Shown: positions 1 to 13,766 of the stretch, piece after piece
How the letters are laid out: the number at the start of each line of letters is the position of its first letter
Numbering within the stretch: the first letter of the stretch is position 1
Source of the DNA: Ptychomitrium polyphyllum
Lineage: Eukaryota
Assembly: GCA_973851085.1 (NCBI GenBank)
Contig: OZ316776.1
Coordinates: forward strand, 9,238,001-9,302,000
Direction of reading: 5' to 3'
DNA length: 64,000 nt
Position numbers and translations under genes: made by a program
Notes under the pieces: generated by a model
Databases searched by the model: none
Told to the model about the DNA's origin: nothing
The model's input: the letters and a program-made list of their open reading frames with translations, nothing else

Positions 1-139
1 ACACTGTAGTGACTGCGAACCTTTTCTTTTGGGGGACAGTCCTAATCTACACTGATGTTTGTTCAAGTGAGTGGTCAGGTCGACTCTTGAGTCGACACAA
101 GAATATCGGAGTTGGGAGCTCATTACGAGGTTTGGAAGC

Positions 140-338
140 CTGTAGGCAAGGAATGTGGGCATGTAAGTGTTAAAGATATAGCTTTGATACTGTCGGCAGC
201 AAAGATGCTGACGACTGACATGTGCGACGTCAGTGAACTGTAGGCGAGGAATGTGGGCATGTACGTGTTAAAGATATAGTTTTGATACTGTCGGCAGCAA
301 GGCTGCAGACGACTGACATGTGCAACGTCAGTGAGCTG
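140..338. repeat. Tandem duplication, two copies of a 98-bp unit
   Basis: CTGTAGGC(A/G)AGGAATGTGGGCATGTA...CGTCAGTGA starts at 140 and again at 238, with a few substitutions. Confidence 0.9.
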
Positions 339-3300
339 ATGTAATACTGTATTGGTAGCCACACTGCCCAGATTGAGCTCGAATACTCTGATATATTGTA
401 TCACTGAACATTGTGCCGAACGAGGGGAAAGATCGTCTTGTAATGAAGAAAGATATCAAGATCATTTTTCGACTCCTTTGCACGCGAGTCACTCATAGCA
501 CGTACCAGCAGCGTGGGTTGTCACGAGTCAAAGGGATAAAAGCAGTGCTGCATTACTGGGGAGAACCCTGCATCATTTAGAAACTTGTACTATTGTGATG
601 ATTTTGCATCACGTCCGCGTCATGCGGCATAGCTGTTCCCGGCCACATTCCCACTTGCAGGCCGCAGTACTGCTCCGAATCGAGCTGGTGGAATATGTTT
701 TTTCCTTATGAAATCGGGTATTCATTTGAAAAAGAGAGCGAATAGTGAATCGAGCAGGAATATGTTGTCAACAAGCAAGTTACATGTTCACTACCAACTA
801 ATTGACAGAGATGCTGTCATCGTTCAAGGTTGAGCAGGACGTGGGGCTCATTTCGAAAATTACTTGATCAAGTTTAAATTTAAGTCAATAATTGGATTGG
901 ATGATTTGACGTTTAAATGGTACGGTTACACTGCAATTATAAATCTTGGATGCTTTAGCTCATTAGGTTGTTGGTGGCCCTCACCAATCATCTGGCTTGA
1001 GTATACCCTACAAGCATAGTTCAAGATATATGTACTAATCACAGAGTTAAATAGCGGCTGCGATACCGTATGTATACTTTACCAATATATACATCCACCA
1101 CCAAAATCATGACTGGAATCATCAACAATCGTATTTAATTTGACAAATTGTCAGAGAGTTCCAGTAGTAATCGGATTATTCGTTTGTTAGGTACATCGAT
1201 TTCAAAGTCTCCTACCGATCAGCTTGATATTCAGCTATCACTAAGTTCAACCCGAATTTCCTGATACCGAAAGGTGTCACTGATAGACAAAATACTCGAT
1301 CGCGATTCAAAAGGCATTGGATTCAACGAGCCGAAACTTCCGTGGTTTTGGTAAGGTTGGTCAATCAATACTATCCGAGTCAAGACAAAGAATTAGGTGC
1401 AGTCTAGAAATTCACGTAGGAGGATATCATACCTCAGAACGTGCTGATTCCTGGCTAATAATCCAACCTAGTGACAGTCATAAGTCATGACCGGAACCAG
1501 GTTGACCTCAGTCAGTTAAGCTAAATGCCGTGGAAAATCTCATCGTCCTTTTCATTCAGAAAATGTCTCAGTTTCATTGGAAACTGAAGCGGAAAGCCGC
1601 GATTGTGAACTCGTAGTCAAGTCTGGGTGGTCAAAAATGGATAACAAATTCAGGATATCTTGTCTGAACGAAAGCTGTTTCTTTTGAATTCTAGAATCTG
1701 GTAGATATATGTTGAAAGTATATTTGGCATGATTCTATACAAGCGCATGACTCCGCACGAGCGCCCCGTAATCCCCATCAGCAACTTGTACGTATCAGTG
1801 GCCGGGGCACGTCTCGAATATGCCGTTGTAAGTTTGAGGATTTGATACTGAGGCGAGAAAGGTACAGTTAAAGGACACAAAATGCAGTGGTTGAGTTTGA
1901 TCATCAATTCGAGGCAAAGAGCTATTGCCGCATCCTCTTCGTGGACACGAGTTGTCCGTCCCTACTGATGCTAATTTTGACACAGTGAGCTCTGTAGCTC
2001 CTATAAATACTAGTGCTTATATACATTTAATGTTAAAATCCACATCGCTGGCATTGGTAATTCATACTTTGATCGATCATGCGCATCTCACTATCAGTTC
2101 AGACTTCTTGTCCGATGTTACTGTACACATTATTGATATGCGAGCTGCTGGTACTTACCCTAATACAACCTGGTGCAAAATCGTTTCTTGTCGCTGATCC
2201 AGAAATGTATTTAGCAACTTCCGACCAGATCGAGCGGTGGATTCTTCTGGTGTCAGCAAGTAACTTTTGCACCCCGTGCAAAGAACTGCTGGGTAGGCTG
2301 TAGATCCACCCGCCCCATAGAGCTCACATTGGATAAGGATGAACCCTAAGATGCAGCTGTCCCCAGATGCAGCTATCCCGTTGGATGAAGTGTTGAGCCG
2401 ACAATTTTTTTTTACATTTTAAGCTAGCAGCTATTTAAAATGCAGACAGTACCTAATTGCTACCAAGGGTATGGAATGTTGTTCCGGAGCTGTTGTGAAA
2501 ACTGGAAGATACGGTGAATATGTGCAGGAAGGAATCGTGAAAGTTCGCTTCCAGCTTAAATCTGATAGTTATAAGCAGTCCTGGCTCCTGATTCATGATT
2601 TCTGAGAAATGTTAAGGGCACAGTATCGTATAGGAAGCATCCTTGTTAACGCCAGCATCACGGCGCACACAAGCTTTGCGCGGTCAAATATATTTAAGTT
2701 TCGAACCTTCGGTGCTTCTGCACGAACGTCTAGACTGGACACGAACAAGCCGGAGCTGACACCGTCGCAACTAGCTTCGTCGAAGTTGGCAGCCTCATGC
2801 GTCGGTGTCGTTTCTCTCGCTGCAAACCCAGTTTGTCGGTCCATACAGCGCTATAACTGTCCATATGCACAGCACCACACTACCTTGCAAGATACCTCGC
2901 ACTGCTTCTGCGGATGCTCCTGCCGAGGTGCTGTGGACCTTTGCAGAAAGATGCACTAAAAGTGGTGCAAGTACCGGTTGTTCAACCCAACCGTCCAATA
3001 CACTGGCCCATATTTATGACCAAGTCGAAAGTTGACGACGTGGGGCCAGCATAGTTTCCGTGTTGGAACCGAGAAGGGGATAATCGTTGACCGGCACCTC
3101 TCAACGTGGGACCTCTCTCTCCATAGCCGCACGGCTGCACTTCCAAGTTGCAAATCCTGCACCACTAGTAGTCCATGAGGATTTCTCAAAGTATTCGTTT
3201 GATAATTCTCATCAGCAGGTTTATCAGTTATAAGCTAGAATTTACATATCTTAATGTGGATCCAGGTAGTATGGATTATTCAGATGTAGGAATCCAACTG

Positions 3301-6300
3301 CGCTGCAATTGCAAGTGTGCTGTGTGGAGTCCAGGGTACCCTAAGTGGATAGTCATAATTATCTAATTCTAACATAAATTAATGAAGGAACGAATAAAAG
3401 AAAGGAAGTAAGGAAGGAATGAAAAAGAAAGGAAGGAGAAAATGTACAAACTAACTATTATAGAGCAACCAACAACAATACTAGCTCCAAGACTATCCTA
3501 TGGACTTCTCCAAAATCAACATATAGATTACAATTACAACTTCAATCATAGTGTGTCTTCTAGAATATTTATCATTTGAAGATTAAAGAAGTATCTTCAT
3601 GAAAGCCAAATATATACACGAACCACCATTTAAATTTTGTATATCTTTATGAATTTGTGTATTCAAATTTGAAAACATAGATTATTTATATTATTGAGCT
3701 TATAAATGTGAAAATTTCTATTATTATCAGCTTTTTAAAAACTTGATAAAAGTATCAAGATCTAATAAAGGTACTTAATGTTCTTCATGGATTTGGTTGA
3801 TTCCATTGATTACCCCTTATAAGTTTCTTTTAACGAATTAAAAAAAATTTAAATAAAAAACAAAAAACTGTTTTGTATTATATCGAGTTGAATTGAAGTC
3901 CAATTTTTTTAAACTTATAATTTTTATTGTACCTGGTGCTGCTTGCATTCATGCATTGAATGTAATTTACATTTATTTTAAAAGTTCACTAGCATGACAT
4001 TCTTTGTTTGTGTGAGCCACTATCCTTGGCATTGCAACATGGGCAAGAAACAAGAAATTTAAGGAATGCATGTGGCAACAATGTAATGGATATGGAAAAC
4101 CAAAACTGATGTTCTAAATGGCCTCAAGTTTTTAATTGAATTTTTTAACATCCTTGAAATGGTTTCTTTAAAAATGGAATTATACTTTTGAAACAGGCTG
4201 TTGACAAGGTGAAGTGCTCCAAGTATTGGTATACATCATGTAATAGAATACATAACATTCTTCAATGATTTCTGTGAACATTGTCCAAAGGCATAATTTC
4301 ATCATTCCTTAGTAGTTGAATTAATCCACCTTCCCTTAGTAGTAATTCAACAACAAATAACAATTAAAAGCATGTAGCAATTACTGCATGAAGGCATGAA
4401 ATTAATTTGGTGACCTTTGCACAAGCTCCTTCAATCATTGGTAGAATACATCTCTCAATGAGGGATTGTACCTTTAAACGTTGGATCGTCTCTTTGAGGC
4501 AGGGTGTTCAGAGAATGTTATAACCAACTTGCAACCTAAAATTGCAAAAATTATGAATACACAATCTCTTACAGTAGGACCTATTATAGAAGGACAAGGT
4601 TAATTTTTCTATTCTCATAACACATTCAAACCGTTGTTTGAAGGGAGGTTTGTAATTTTCCTGTTGGCTTTTATCTTCTGAACCAAAAACAATATTCGTT
4701 AAGAGTATTCGGATGCTCGGCCAAGCCTAAATTCAGGAAGCGATTACTTCAAAGTTCATACGAAGGGATAACTTACTGTGAAGGATAATGCTTGAGGCGA
4801 ATTTCCAGGACCACATTTCTAAGACGCTACTAGTTTCTTCAGAAACTTCTCTGAATCTAAGCTTGTCAGTTTTTTAATGTAACACAGATTGAATCAACCT
4901 AAGAGATAATGTGAAGGTTGAAGAGCATCGTCAGTGGATTCGATTTAGCTGAATAACATTTTTGCTCTTTTACGAATTTTTTTTCAGAATCACTGAATAT
5001 TAAGTTACAACAATAGTACTACATTGTACTCATCCATGAATTCTAGCATCATCATTAAAATGAAATGCGTTTACAGGTCATATTCATTTAAGAGATAAAT
5101 TCATTGTTTTCCACTAAAAGAAATCCCGTTTAATTGCCCATTGCACATATAAAAATAAGGTATTTAACAATACTAAATATATACTAATATATTGAATAAT
5201 ATTAGCTGCAATGACCAATTTGGACAATTTGAAATTAAGATTATTTATTAAAATAGGATTGCCTAAGAGGATTTATTTTTCTAATTCATCTATTTTAAAT
5301 AAAATGCCATATACAATGGATGGAATCATTAACTTGAGATTAATAAATCAAAATGTAATGTAAAGCCAATGAATCACATTTATGAATAAATATCAATCCT
5401 ATCATAAAATTTTAAGTTTGAGGTTATGAATGTCTAATTCAATATTTCAAACATATTGTAAACATATTTTAAACAAGAACTAAACAGAAGCAGACAGGGA
5501 GGAGACCTAGTGACGACGAGGCGAGGTCGGCGCGACCAAGATTCTGAATGAATCTGGGGCGGTGACATTCTCCCAGAAAGACACACTCCAAATATCACCG
5601 CAGGCATGATTACTCAAAGTTCAATTCTTAATGGTATTCCGCCCCTCCATGCTGTGCAGCCGCAAGTCTCAGCTTCGATCTCTCACAAGACGCGTTGCTC
5701 GGCCTGGACGCGGTGCGAGCTGCTGCACGGCCAGCTGCACCACTGTGAGCACAGTCTGGCGCTAGGCTTCGCGGTGTCGCAGAATTTCCAGGACCGAATG
5801 GGCACCTGGGAGTTCTCGAGCTGCCACATCGAGCCTAGTGAGGCCGCGGATGGAAGCACGACCCTGTGGTTCCTTTGGGACACTTGGTGCTGGGTGCTGG
5901 GTGCTCGGTGCTCAATTCAAGGCAGGCGGCTAGCGATTGAATGAATCAGGAGTTGATGAACGCTGGTGAACTAGCAGTCTAGTATTTCAAGGTTGAAATT
6001 GACTTCCTTGCAGATACGATTCACCAGTGATCTTTCTCATTGAAATCACCGAGCTCTTGCTCGGGAATTTGCTCTGTAGTTGTCGCCACGTCAGTCTCGG
6101 TGAGGACTTGCTGAACCTTTCTCATCTATGCGCGCCAGTTGTTTCCTAATGTTTGGAAGTCGTTCTGCTAGAAGTCCACTATAGTATTCCTGGAAGTCAG
6201 TGGCTTACTTGCCAAGAGACTCATTGGTACTACTTTTTGGGGATACCGAGAGTAAGAGGAATTATAAGAGAATGCCCGGAGAATGCGCGGCTGTGCGAGT

Positions 6301-6696
6301 GGAGTGGCTGCACCCCGGGCCTAGATGTGCAGGTGCGAGAAGGACAGTTCTTGTGAAAGAGTTATGCGTCTGTTTCTTTGTTATGATTAATTGAGTTCTT
6401 CGGTGTTCTGATCGTATACCCGATCGTTTTTGGAAACGGTCCCATGAGATACTGCAACTTTAAATTTTGTTGTCGTCTCCCATTGCATCGTGCACTATTT
6501 TAGTACGTTAGAAGGCGTGATGCCGCATACTCCGGTTGAATCACAAACATCTACGATTGTATTTGTTAATTGGCCCAAGCAGCAGTGTCCAATTCAGGAG
6601 TAGGGCTACGAGCTCGAACCCCGGAAAGACCTGCCAGGCTTCTCTTCTATTTGCAAGTGTGTTTTTAATATTTCAGAATTGCCCACTCTTCGTCGC

Positions 6697-6994
6697 AGGA
6701 GTATTATGCCATAAGGAGAGGAAACAAGCGTTACACTGCTCGACAAAACGAGGCTGCCCTTTCCGACGGGTTAAGATTTGCCCCTTGAACTCCTTTTATT
6801 ACATCGTCACCTTGGGCTACTGTCCTCGAGCTTAAATAAAACGGAAAGCTCTCTTTCTTCTGAACCATAGAGTAAACCATTGCAGATCTGCCTTGAAATC
6901 TCAACTTAGTATTACGAATAGTGAAAGGCTGTTTCAATGAGAAGAAAACGTTATATAAGGCTATTGTTTCCTCTCCTTACGGCACAATACTCCT
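6697..6994. repeat. ~300-bp inverted repeat or foldback element (MITE-like or hairpin RNA)
   Basis: AGGAGTATTATGCCATAAGGAGAGGAAACAA (6697-6727) is the reverse complement of 6964-6994 at 29/31 positions. Weaker complementarity continues inside. No clear target-site duplication. Confidence 0.7.
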
Positions 6995-8428
6995 CTGAAA
7001 TGACACAAGAAATAATGCAATCACATAAGGCTAAGGTATAGGAAGATAACCAGTTTGGTGAGCAATTCTTTATTGCCTGAGGAGCTCAAAGTGACGTTTT
7101 GAACAGGTTCGAGAGAGTACTTGTTTTCGTAATTTTTGTAGCAGTTCTGCTGTTTCTTTCTAGAAGATTTTTCAGCTCTTCGTCCTGATCATCTGTTCAT
7201 TTTATTCTATCGGCTTGTACGCTTCTAAAAGAGAAGTACGTGAAAGATATGACGAAGTTGAGATGGTCTTTCAAGAACGTGAGAGTCCGTGAGACCCAGT
7301 GAGCTAAGATATTTAAAACTCGTTTCTCATTTTAATATGGGCAAGTTGCAACAATACAGGGGGGCTACTAAATGTATTCACGTGATCTTTCGCACTGTTA
7401 TTCAAACTAGGATTCACGAGTCTGTTGACAACGTCGATTGTTTGCTAGAATCATCGTATTTTATTTCGGTGCCGATCCCGATGAATCCTCAGAAGCGAAT
7501 CTTGCTGCTATGTTGGGAATCAAGCAGTTAGATCACGAAACTATATTGCGTGTTGTGGTTTGTATCACGTGATGAGCAGCTCCTTTGAACATATACAGAA
7601 TATTCTTGGTTGTACTTGCATTGTTCCAAGTAATATAATGTATCAGATCTGAGGAAGTTGAGTAAATTGAAGAACGCAGGGTTAGTTACCCGTTCGTAGG
7701 GTTCCTTTCGTTAGTTTTTTCACTTGTCTTCATACTTCACGGAGAGGAACATGTAAAGTCCAGTTGAGTGTTACCACCACTACCCTTCCTGAATTATGAA
7801 ATGATGATGGCAGTAGAATTAGTAGCGTTGTGATTTAGTAGAGACCTTTTGCTTCAAGATTTTGAACCTCTTTTCCTTTACTGGCATAAACAATACTGTT
7901 CTGCACACACCCAAATTTTTTGGGGGAAACTTTAATGATTTTCATTTTCTCAAAACGCTATTGTAGTAAAGCAATATTCTGCCGACTGAAGTCCCTAAAA
8001 TAGCGTATCACCTCAAGTGATTTTATATTCATTTATTTCTTTTCCTACCATATATTTGATAGGGTTGCATGTCATGAGGGGGTTGCACTCCCTCAAGGAA
8101 TTCAGCAACATGGCGTCATAGTCTCATTGTATAAAGCTTCACTCACTTTGTTACATTCTCTCGCTCGCAGATTGTGGTATCAAGAAATCGTTGATTTTGC
8201 AATTACTGAGCTACTCAGGTCTCTGGAAGGACAAAATTGTCGTTCGAGTGGAGCCTCGTTTTGCTGAATGAGGCGTTTGGTGCTGGCTATTAATTCACTA
8301 CTGGGTCGGTTGTGTTTCTTAACACTAAGGAATGTCTTGGAAGTGACCTGTGTTCAATTTCGAGCACCTGTGTCCGTAGTGCACGGGAGCTTGTTGACAG
8401 AGACTTCACCATTTAAGCATTTTGTGCT

Positions 8429-11400
8429 ATGGGATTCTTACTGGCGTCTGTCTGTGGGAAGCCGACGAAAGCTGATAAACCAAGTTCAACTAGGCCTCTT
8501 CCCTTGGTTTATCCCAAGTTTAACAGGGATGTGACCAGAATAGACCATATACATGGCCGCAAAGTCCCTGATCCATACCGCTCGTGAGTTTCTTATTTCT
8601 ATGCAGGTTTTAATCTTGCTTTACTTTGAATAGGCACGTGCCTGTGCGCGGAACCATATCTTCGTTTATTTACATTATAAAAATCTGATGTGAAGTTTGT
8701 AGGTCATGATTCATGAGTAGTGTTGCGGAAGTGCTGTTGAAAAGGGGGCCATTTGATTCATAATGATTGCTTCTTGAGTGGTTAATGCTGCTGTTGGCTC
8801 GAAGCATCCTTGATAAAGATCTTGGAATGACAAATGGAATTAATCTGACATGTATGCACATGTATGCACATGTATGCACATACCAATGTGACAACGACCT
8901 TCTCCTTATAATTCTCAAATTCCTTCTCCGTTTGGTCGATTTTGAGATATAACCGTCTGTTGCTTACCCTGACGAGGTTATGAATTGAGTTGAGCAGGTT
9001 GGAGGACCCGAAAGCAGAGGAAACACAAGACTTCATAGAAAACCAGATGCGATTGACCAAATTGGTGCTGTCTACATGTGACGAGTCAAAGAACCTGAAG
9101 GAAAGAATCACTGGATCCTACGATTATCCGAAGTATTCATGTCCTTACCGGCGGGGCAAAAAATGGATCTACACTCTCAACACTGGCTTGCAGGCTCAAA
9201 GCGTAATTCATATGCAGGTATAATTCTGCTCATGCTCAAAAGTAGAATTTTTCGTGTTTAATCATACTAGTTGCTAGTAGTGCGTTGTGGACGGTTTCCG
9301 AACGAGTCTTTTTGTGGTGTTTTTCCTGTACAAATTCTCAAGTCATCTTCAATGTAGGAATTAATTATTTAAACGTGCTTGAATAGAGTAGCTCGCATGG
9401 CATAGAAACTGGCGATTACTAGATCAGGTAGATGAGATCTGGGGGCCTTTGTTTATATCTTGAATATGTATAAGAATTCGAGTTTTCATGTAACATTCTA
9501 ATTCGAACCATTTGGAGGCTCTCTACAGGGCACGTTGGATGAGGATGGGGAAGTGTTGATAGACCCAAATACTTGGAGTAATGACGGCACTATTTCCTTG
9601 GCACTAATGAAATTTAGTGAAGATGCTGAATATCTTGCCTATGGCCAAAGCGCTAGTGGAAGCGACTGGATCACCATCAAAGTGATGCACGTGGCCGATA
9701 GAGTTGTGTTGTCCGACACCCTTTTATGGGTGAGGTTTTACTGTTGCATTTACACATAGTTGGTACTGCTGTACTCGGAAGTAGTATGTCACCTAAATAT
9801 ACGCAGCAATTTATGGAAACAGTATGATTTTAATCTCAGAAATGCGAGAAAGGCTGATACCTCTAGTAGTTACGAAACTCTTCCTCCTGAACATTATTCT
9901 CTATAGTATACTATTTGAAAGTTTTTGTGAATTCAAGTTAGTAGGATTTTTGCGGCTGCCGCATTGGTGTTATATCAAATTTCACCGACTTAGCCCTGGA
10001 ACTGCCACAGTTGATACAATAGGGTGTTCTAAGCATCTTATTTGTGTTATTGTGCAGGTGAAGTTTTCATCTTTGGCGTGGACACATGATCACAAAGGCT
10101 TTTTCTACAACCGTTATCCAGAACCCACGTCCGTCCCTGCACCTTATATTGATGTATCGAGATCTTAAATATACTAATATACCTGAACTCGGAGTTGTGA
10201 CACCTTGTTGGAAATTTGCTGTATATTATGCCCTTGTCTGGAACTGATATATCATAGTACATGGCAGTACGAAGGGGATTGAAGATGCAGGCACTGAGAC
10301 AGATACAAACCTGTTTCATGAGCTGTATTATCACTTTCTTGGAACCGATCAATCCGAAGATGTTTTATGTTGGAGAGATTCTGAGCACGCTCAGTGGTTT
10401 TCTCGGGCAGATGTCACTGACGATGGCCAGGTAATTTTATTGCGGAAAAGTAGTTATGGCTTTAAAAAAGACTACTTGCATCCTCCTCGCGCTCCGTTGT
10501 ACAATGCCTGCTTGTGATACACATGATCAATTAAGAGTGGTAGGGTTTTTTCCAATCTCTTGTTGCATTGAAGCTATTTAAATTACAAAGTTTTCCTTCC
10601 CTAAAATCTGTTCCTGAAATTTGATTGTATTGTCACAGTACTTGGTGTTATCCATTGAAGAGGGTTGTGACTCAGTCAACAGACTGTATTACTGCGACTT
10701 TTCCACTCTGTCCGGAGGTTTAAGAGGGCGTAGAGAAAGCAGGGAACAGCTCCCCTTCATTAAACTGATCGATAACTTTGATGCTCAATATGAGCTGGTA
10801 GCCAATAATGGGCCAGTTTTTGCCTTTTTAACCAATAAGAATGCACCCAGGTACAAACTGACAAGTGTGAATGTCAATGACCCATCTTCCTGGACAGATG
10901 TGATACCAGAATCTGAATCTGGTGTTCTTTCTTCAGCGTATTTGGTTAATCATCAACAGTTGATTTTGTGTTATATGAGCGACGTCAAGCATCTGCTCAA
11001 GTTGCATGATCTTCAAAGTGGTGAATTCCTTTGCACACTACCGCTTGAGATTGGCTCTGTAGCTGAGATTTCAGGAAGACCACAAGACGCAGATTTCTTT
11101 TTTAGTTTCACAAGCTTCCTCACCCCAGGAATCATTTACCGGTGTGACTTAAGTACTGGAACTCCTGAAGTGACAATGTTAAGGGAGACTACTGTCACTA
11201 ACCTGGATAGGTCACTGTTCGAGACTCGTCAGGTACAGATTTTGTACTTATACTTTATGTTTTTTCTTCCCGACTTCCCGTAGTTTTACTGTTGTTTTTA
11301 TCGACAATGTCCTTCATTTTAGATCCTGGTCCAATGGTCTCATCCATGAACTCTGTCTTGCACTCAAATTCTTATACTTGAAATTTTTTCTCGGGAAGTG

Positions 11401-13184
11401 CTATCCGGAGTGGAATTAGCACTAACAGGGACCAAGCTATGGATCAGAGTTCTGATATCATGCAACATACAGGAGTTTGTGACAAGTAAAGATGGCACCA
11501 AGGTGCCGATGTTTGTTGTTGGACGAAAAGACTTGGTCCGAGATGGAAGTCATCCAGCTCTACTGTACGGATATGGAGGCTTCAATGTCAGCTTGACGCC
11601 GTCTTTCAGCGTTGCTCGTTTAGTATTGGCCCAACATTTTGGAGCAGTCTTCGCAGTTGCGAATATCAGGGGAGGAGGAGAATATGGGGAAGAATGGCAC
11701 AAGGCTGGTTCTCTTGCAAACAAACAAAATTGCTTTGATGATTTCATAGCATGTGGAGAGTACTTAGTAGAAACAGGCTACACGCAAAAGAAAAAGCTAT
11801 GCATCGAAGGCGGGAGTAACGGTGGTTTGTTGGTGGCTGCCTGCATCAATCAGGTGCTTATTTTTCCTGCTGTTTTATCAGGTTCTCTGTGCAAAAGAAT
11901 TGCTTATTTTCTGCAACTGTACTTATCCTTACCTCCACATTTACTTTCTCATCGGCGTCCTCATGTACAATATCACACTGCTCAATATTATTGGCGTCAT
12001 TTCTTTGTGCAGAGACCAGATCTGTATGGGTGTGCTTTGGCACATGTTGGTGTTATGGATATGCTCAGATTTCACAGATTCACTATTGGTATGCTCCTAT
12101 GACTTGTTTTCTCGTTGACATCTGTATAATGAAAGATTCATACACCCTGCGTTCGACTTATAGCCTTTGTTTGCAATCGATTTACGCTAAAGATTCTTTC
12201 ATATGTTCAGGTCACGCATGGACTTCGGATTACGGTTGTGCTGATATTGCAGAAGAATTCGAGTGGCTTATTAAGTAAGCAGTCATACTGTTACCCTTGA
12301 AGTTATCCATTCTGTCTTATTCCGTCATAGATTTTTTTCACTCCCACATGGACTTTATGTTCAGTGTGAATGTCGGTGTAATTCCGAGTGTTTGGTTCTT
12401 TTGGTAATCATTCTCTCGTGCAGGTACTCCCCATTGCATAATGTGAGGCGGCCGTGGGAAAATGGCTCAATCTCTGTTCAGTATCCCTCTACCATGCTCC
12501 TGACAGCAGATCATGACGACCGAGTTGTTCCTCTCCATTCGTTGAAATTACTTGCGGTGTGTATTTCTTAAACTTAAATGGAAGTCTTTTGAATACACTG
12601 ATACATTTATGTTGCCTTTTCGGGTCACGGACTTTGGAACAGTATTCATTTTGCCTTCTTACTTCCACTATTGCATGTGGGACAGACACTGCAGTATGAA
12701 CTTTGCACAAGTTTGGAAAACAGCCCACAGACAAATCCAATCATTGCACGCATCGATACGAAAGCTGGTCATGGATCTGGTCGTCCTACTAAGAAAATTG
12801 TAAGCCTTAGAATTTCCTTTTAGCTTCTGGTCCGGGTCCACGTTGCATCATTCCTTCATAGTACTCAAGGACAATGAATCACACGAACTAAGACACTGGC
12901 ATCTACATGACATCCAACCCGCTGTCAAAGTTTAGCTAACATCAGTTTCTCCGAATCTGGACCCACAGCTGTAGGTTATGCCTTACTGGCCGGCTCTGCA
13001 CTCAACTGTAGAGAGATTTGCATTCTAGTTCATTCGATTTAGTGCCGATGGTCAGCTCTAATATCTTGGTTTATCGTCATATTGCTTGAACTAAAAAACA
13101 ATGTCTTCTGTTGTGCAGATAGACGAAATGGTAGATGCCTACTCGTTTTTTGCAAAGATGACAGGTTCCACGTGGATTGACTGA
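8429..13184 (+). CDS. POP: Prolyl oligopeptidase (peptidase S9A), 12 exons, ~745 aa
   Basis: Exons 8429-8583, 8998-9217, 9529-9729, 10058-10128, 10268-10430, 10639-11232, 11473-11853, 12013-12088, 12211-12274, 12424-12556, 12686-12799, 13119-13184 join through GT-AG introns to 2238 nt in frame. Motifs: [31 protein letters not shown]. Catalytic triad in GGSNGG (Ser), DHDDRV (Asp), AGHG (His). Confidence 0.95.
8848..8883. repeat. 10-bp tandem repeat (ACATGTATGC, about 3.5 copies) in POP intron 1
   Basis: Read directly from the sequence. Confidence 0.85.
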
Positions 13185-13431
13185 TAATTTCAGGCTCCTC
13201 ACTGAAAAGCGATGTTGAGCGCTAGACAATGACGAAACAGTAGGGGCTGTTTGCTCATTCAAATTCAAACGGAGTTCTAGAGGACTCCTTCACTTTCTAG
13301 CACCAAAAAAGGACCTTCAACACCATATTCATTGCAATGGGAAATTTCAGAGTCCCAAAATAATATTTGAGGTGGAATAGATATAAAAGGCATTAAACAT
13401 GTTGAAGATGAATGTCATGTTTTGGAACTTA

Positions 13432-13766
13432 TATAGCAAGTCAAACCTATAAATGAGGTTGGTCTATGTTTACATGGAAGCTTGTCTTCAATAAATAGTA
13501 TAGCAAGTCAAACCTATAAATGAGGTTGGCCTATGTTTACATGGAAGCTTGTCTTCAATAAATAGTATAGTAAGTCAAACTTATAAATGAAATTGGCCTG
13601 TGTTTACATGGAAGCTTGTCTTCAATAAATAGTATAGCAAGTCAAACCTATAAATGAGGTTGGCCTATGTTTACATGGAAGCTTGTCTTCAATAAATAGT
13701 ATAGCAAGTCAAACCTATAAATGAGGTTGGCCTATGTTTACATGGAAGCTTGTCTTCAATAAATAG
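13432..13766. repeat. Minisatellite, five copies of a 67-bp unit
   Basis: TAG(C/T)AAGTCAAAC... recurs at 13434, 13501, 13568, 13635 and 13702. Copies are near identical, with copy 3 the most diverged. No spacers. Confidence 0.95.

Noticed and set aside
1650..6400. Short ORFs in the first 6.4 kb as genes
   Set aside because: No recognisable motif and no consistent exon chain. They may hide a degenerate gene or UTR exons, but I cannot support that.
6600..6645. tRNA or tRNA-derived SINE (GGTTCGAG on the minus strand)
   Set aside because: No cloverleaf, acceptor stem or A-box can be built.
13432..13766. CRISPR array
   Set aside because: Units are contiguous and near identical with no unique spacers, there are no cas genes, and the context is eukaryotic.
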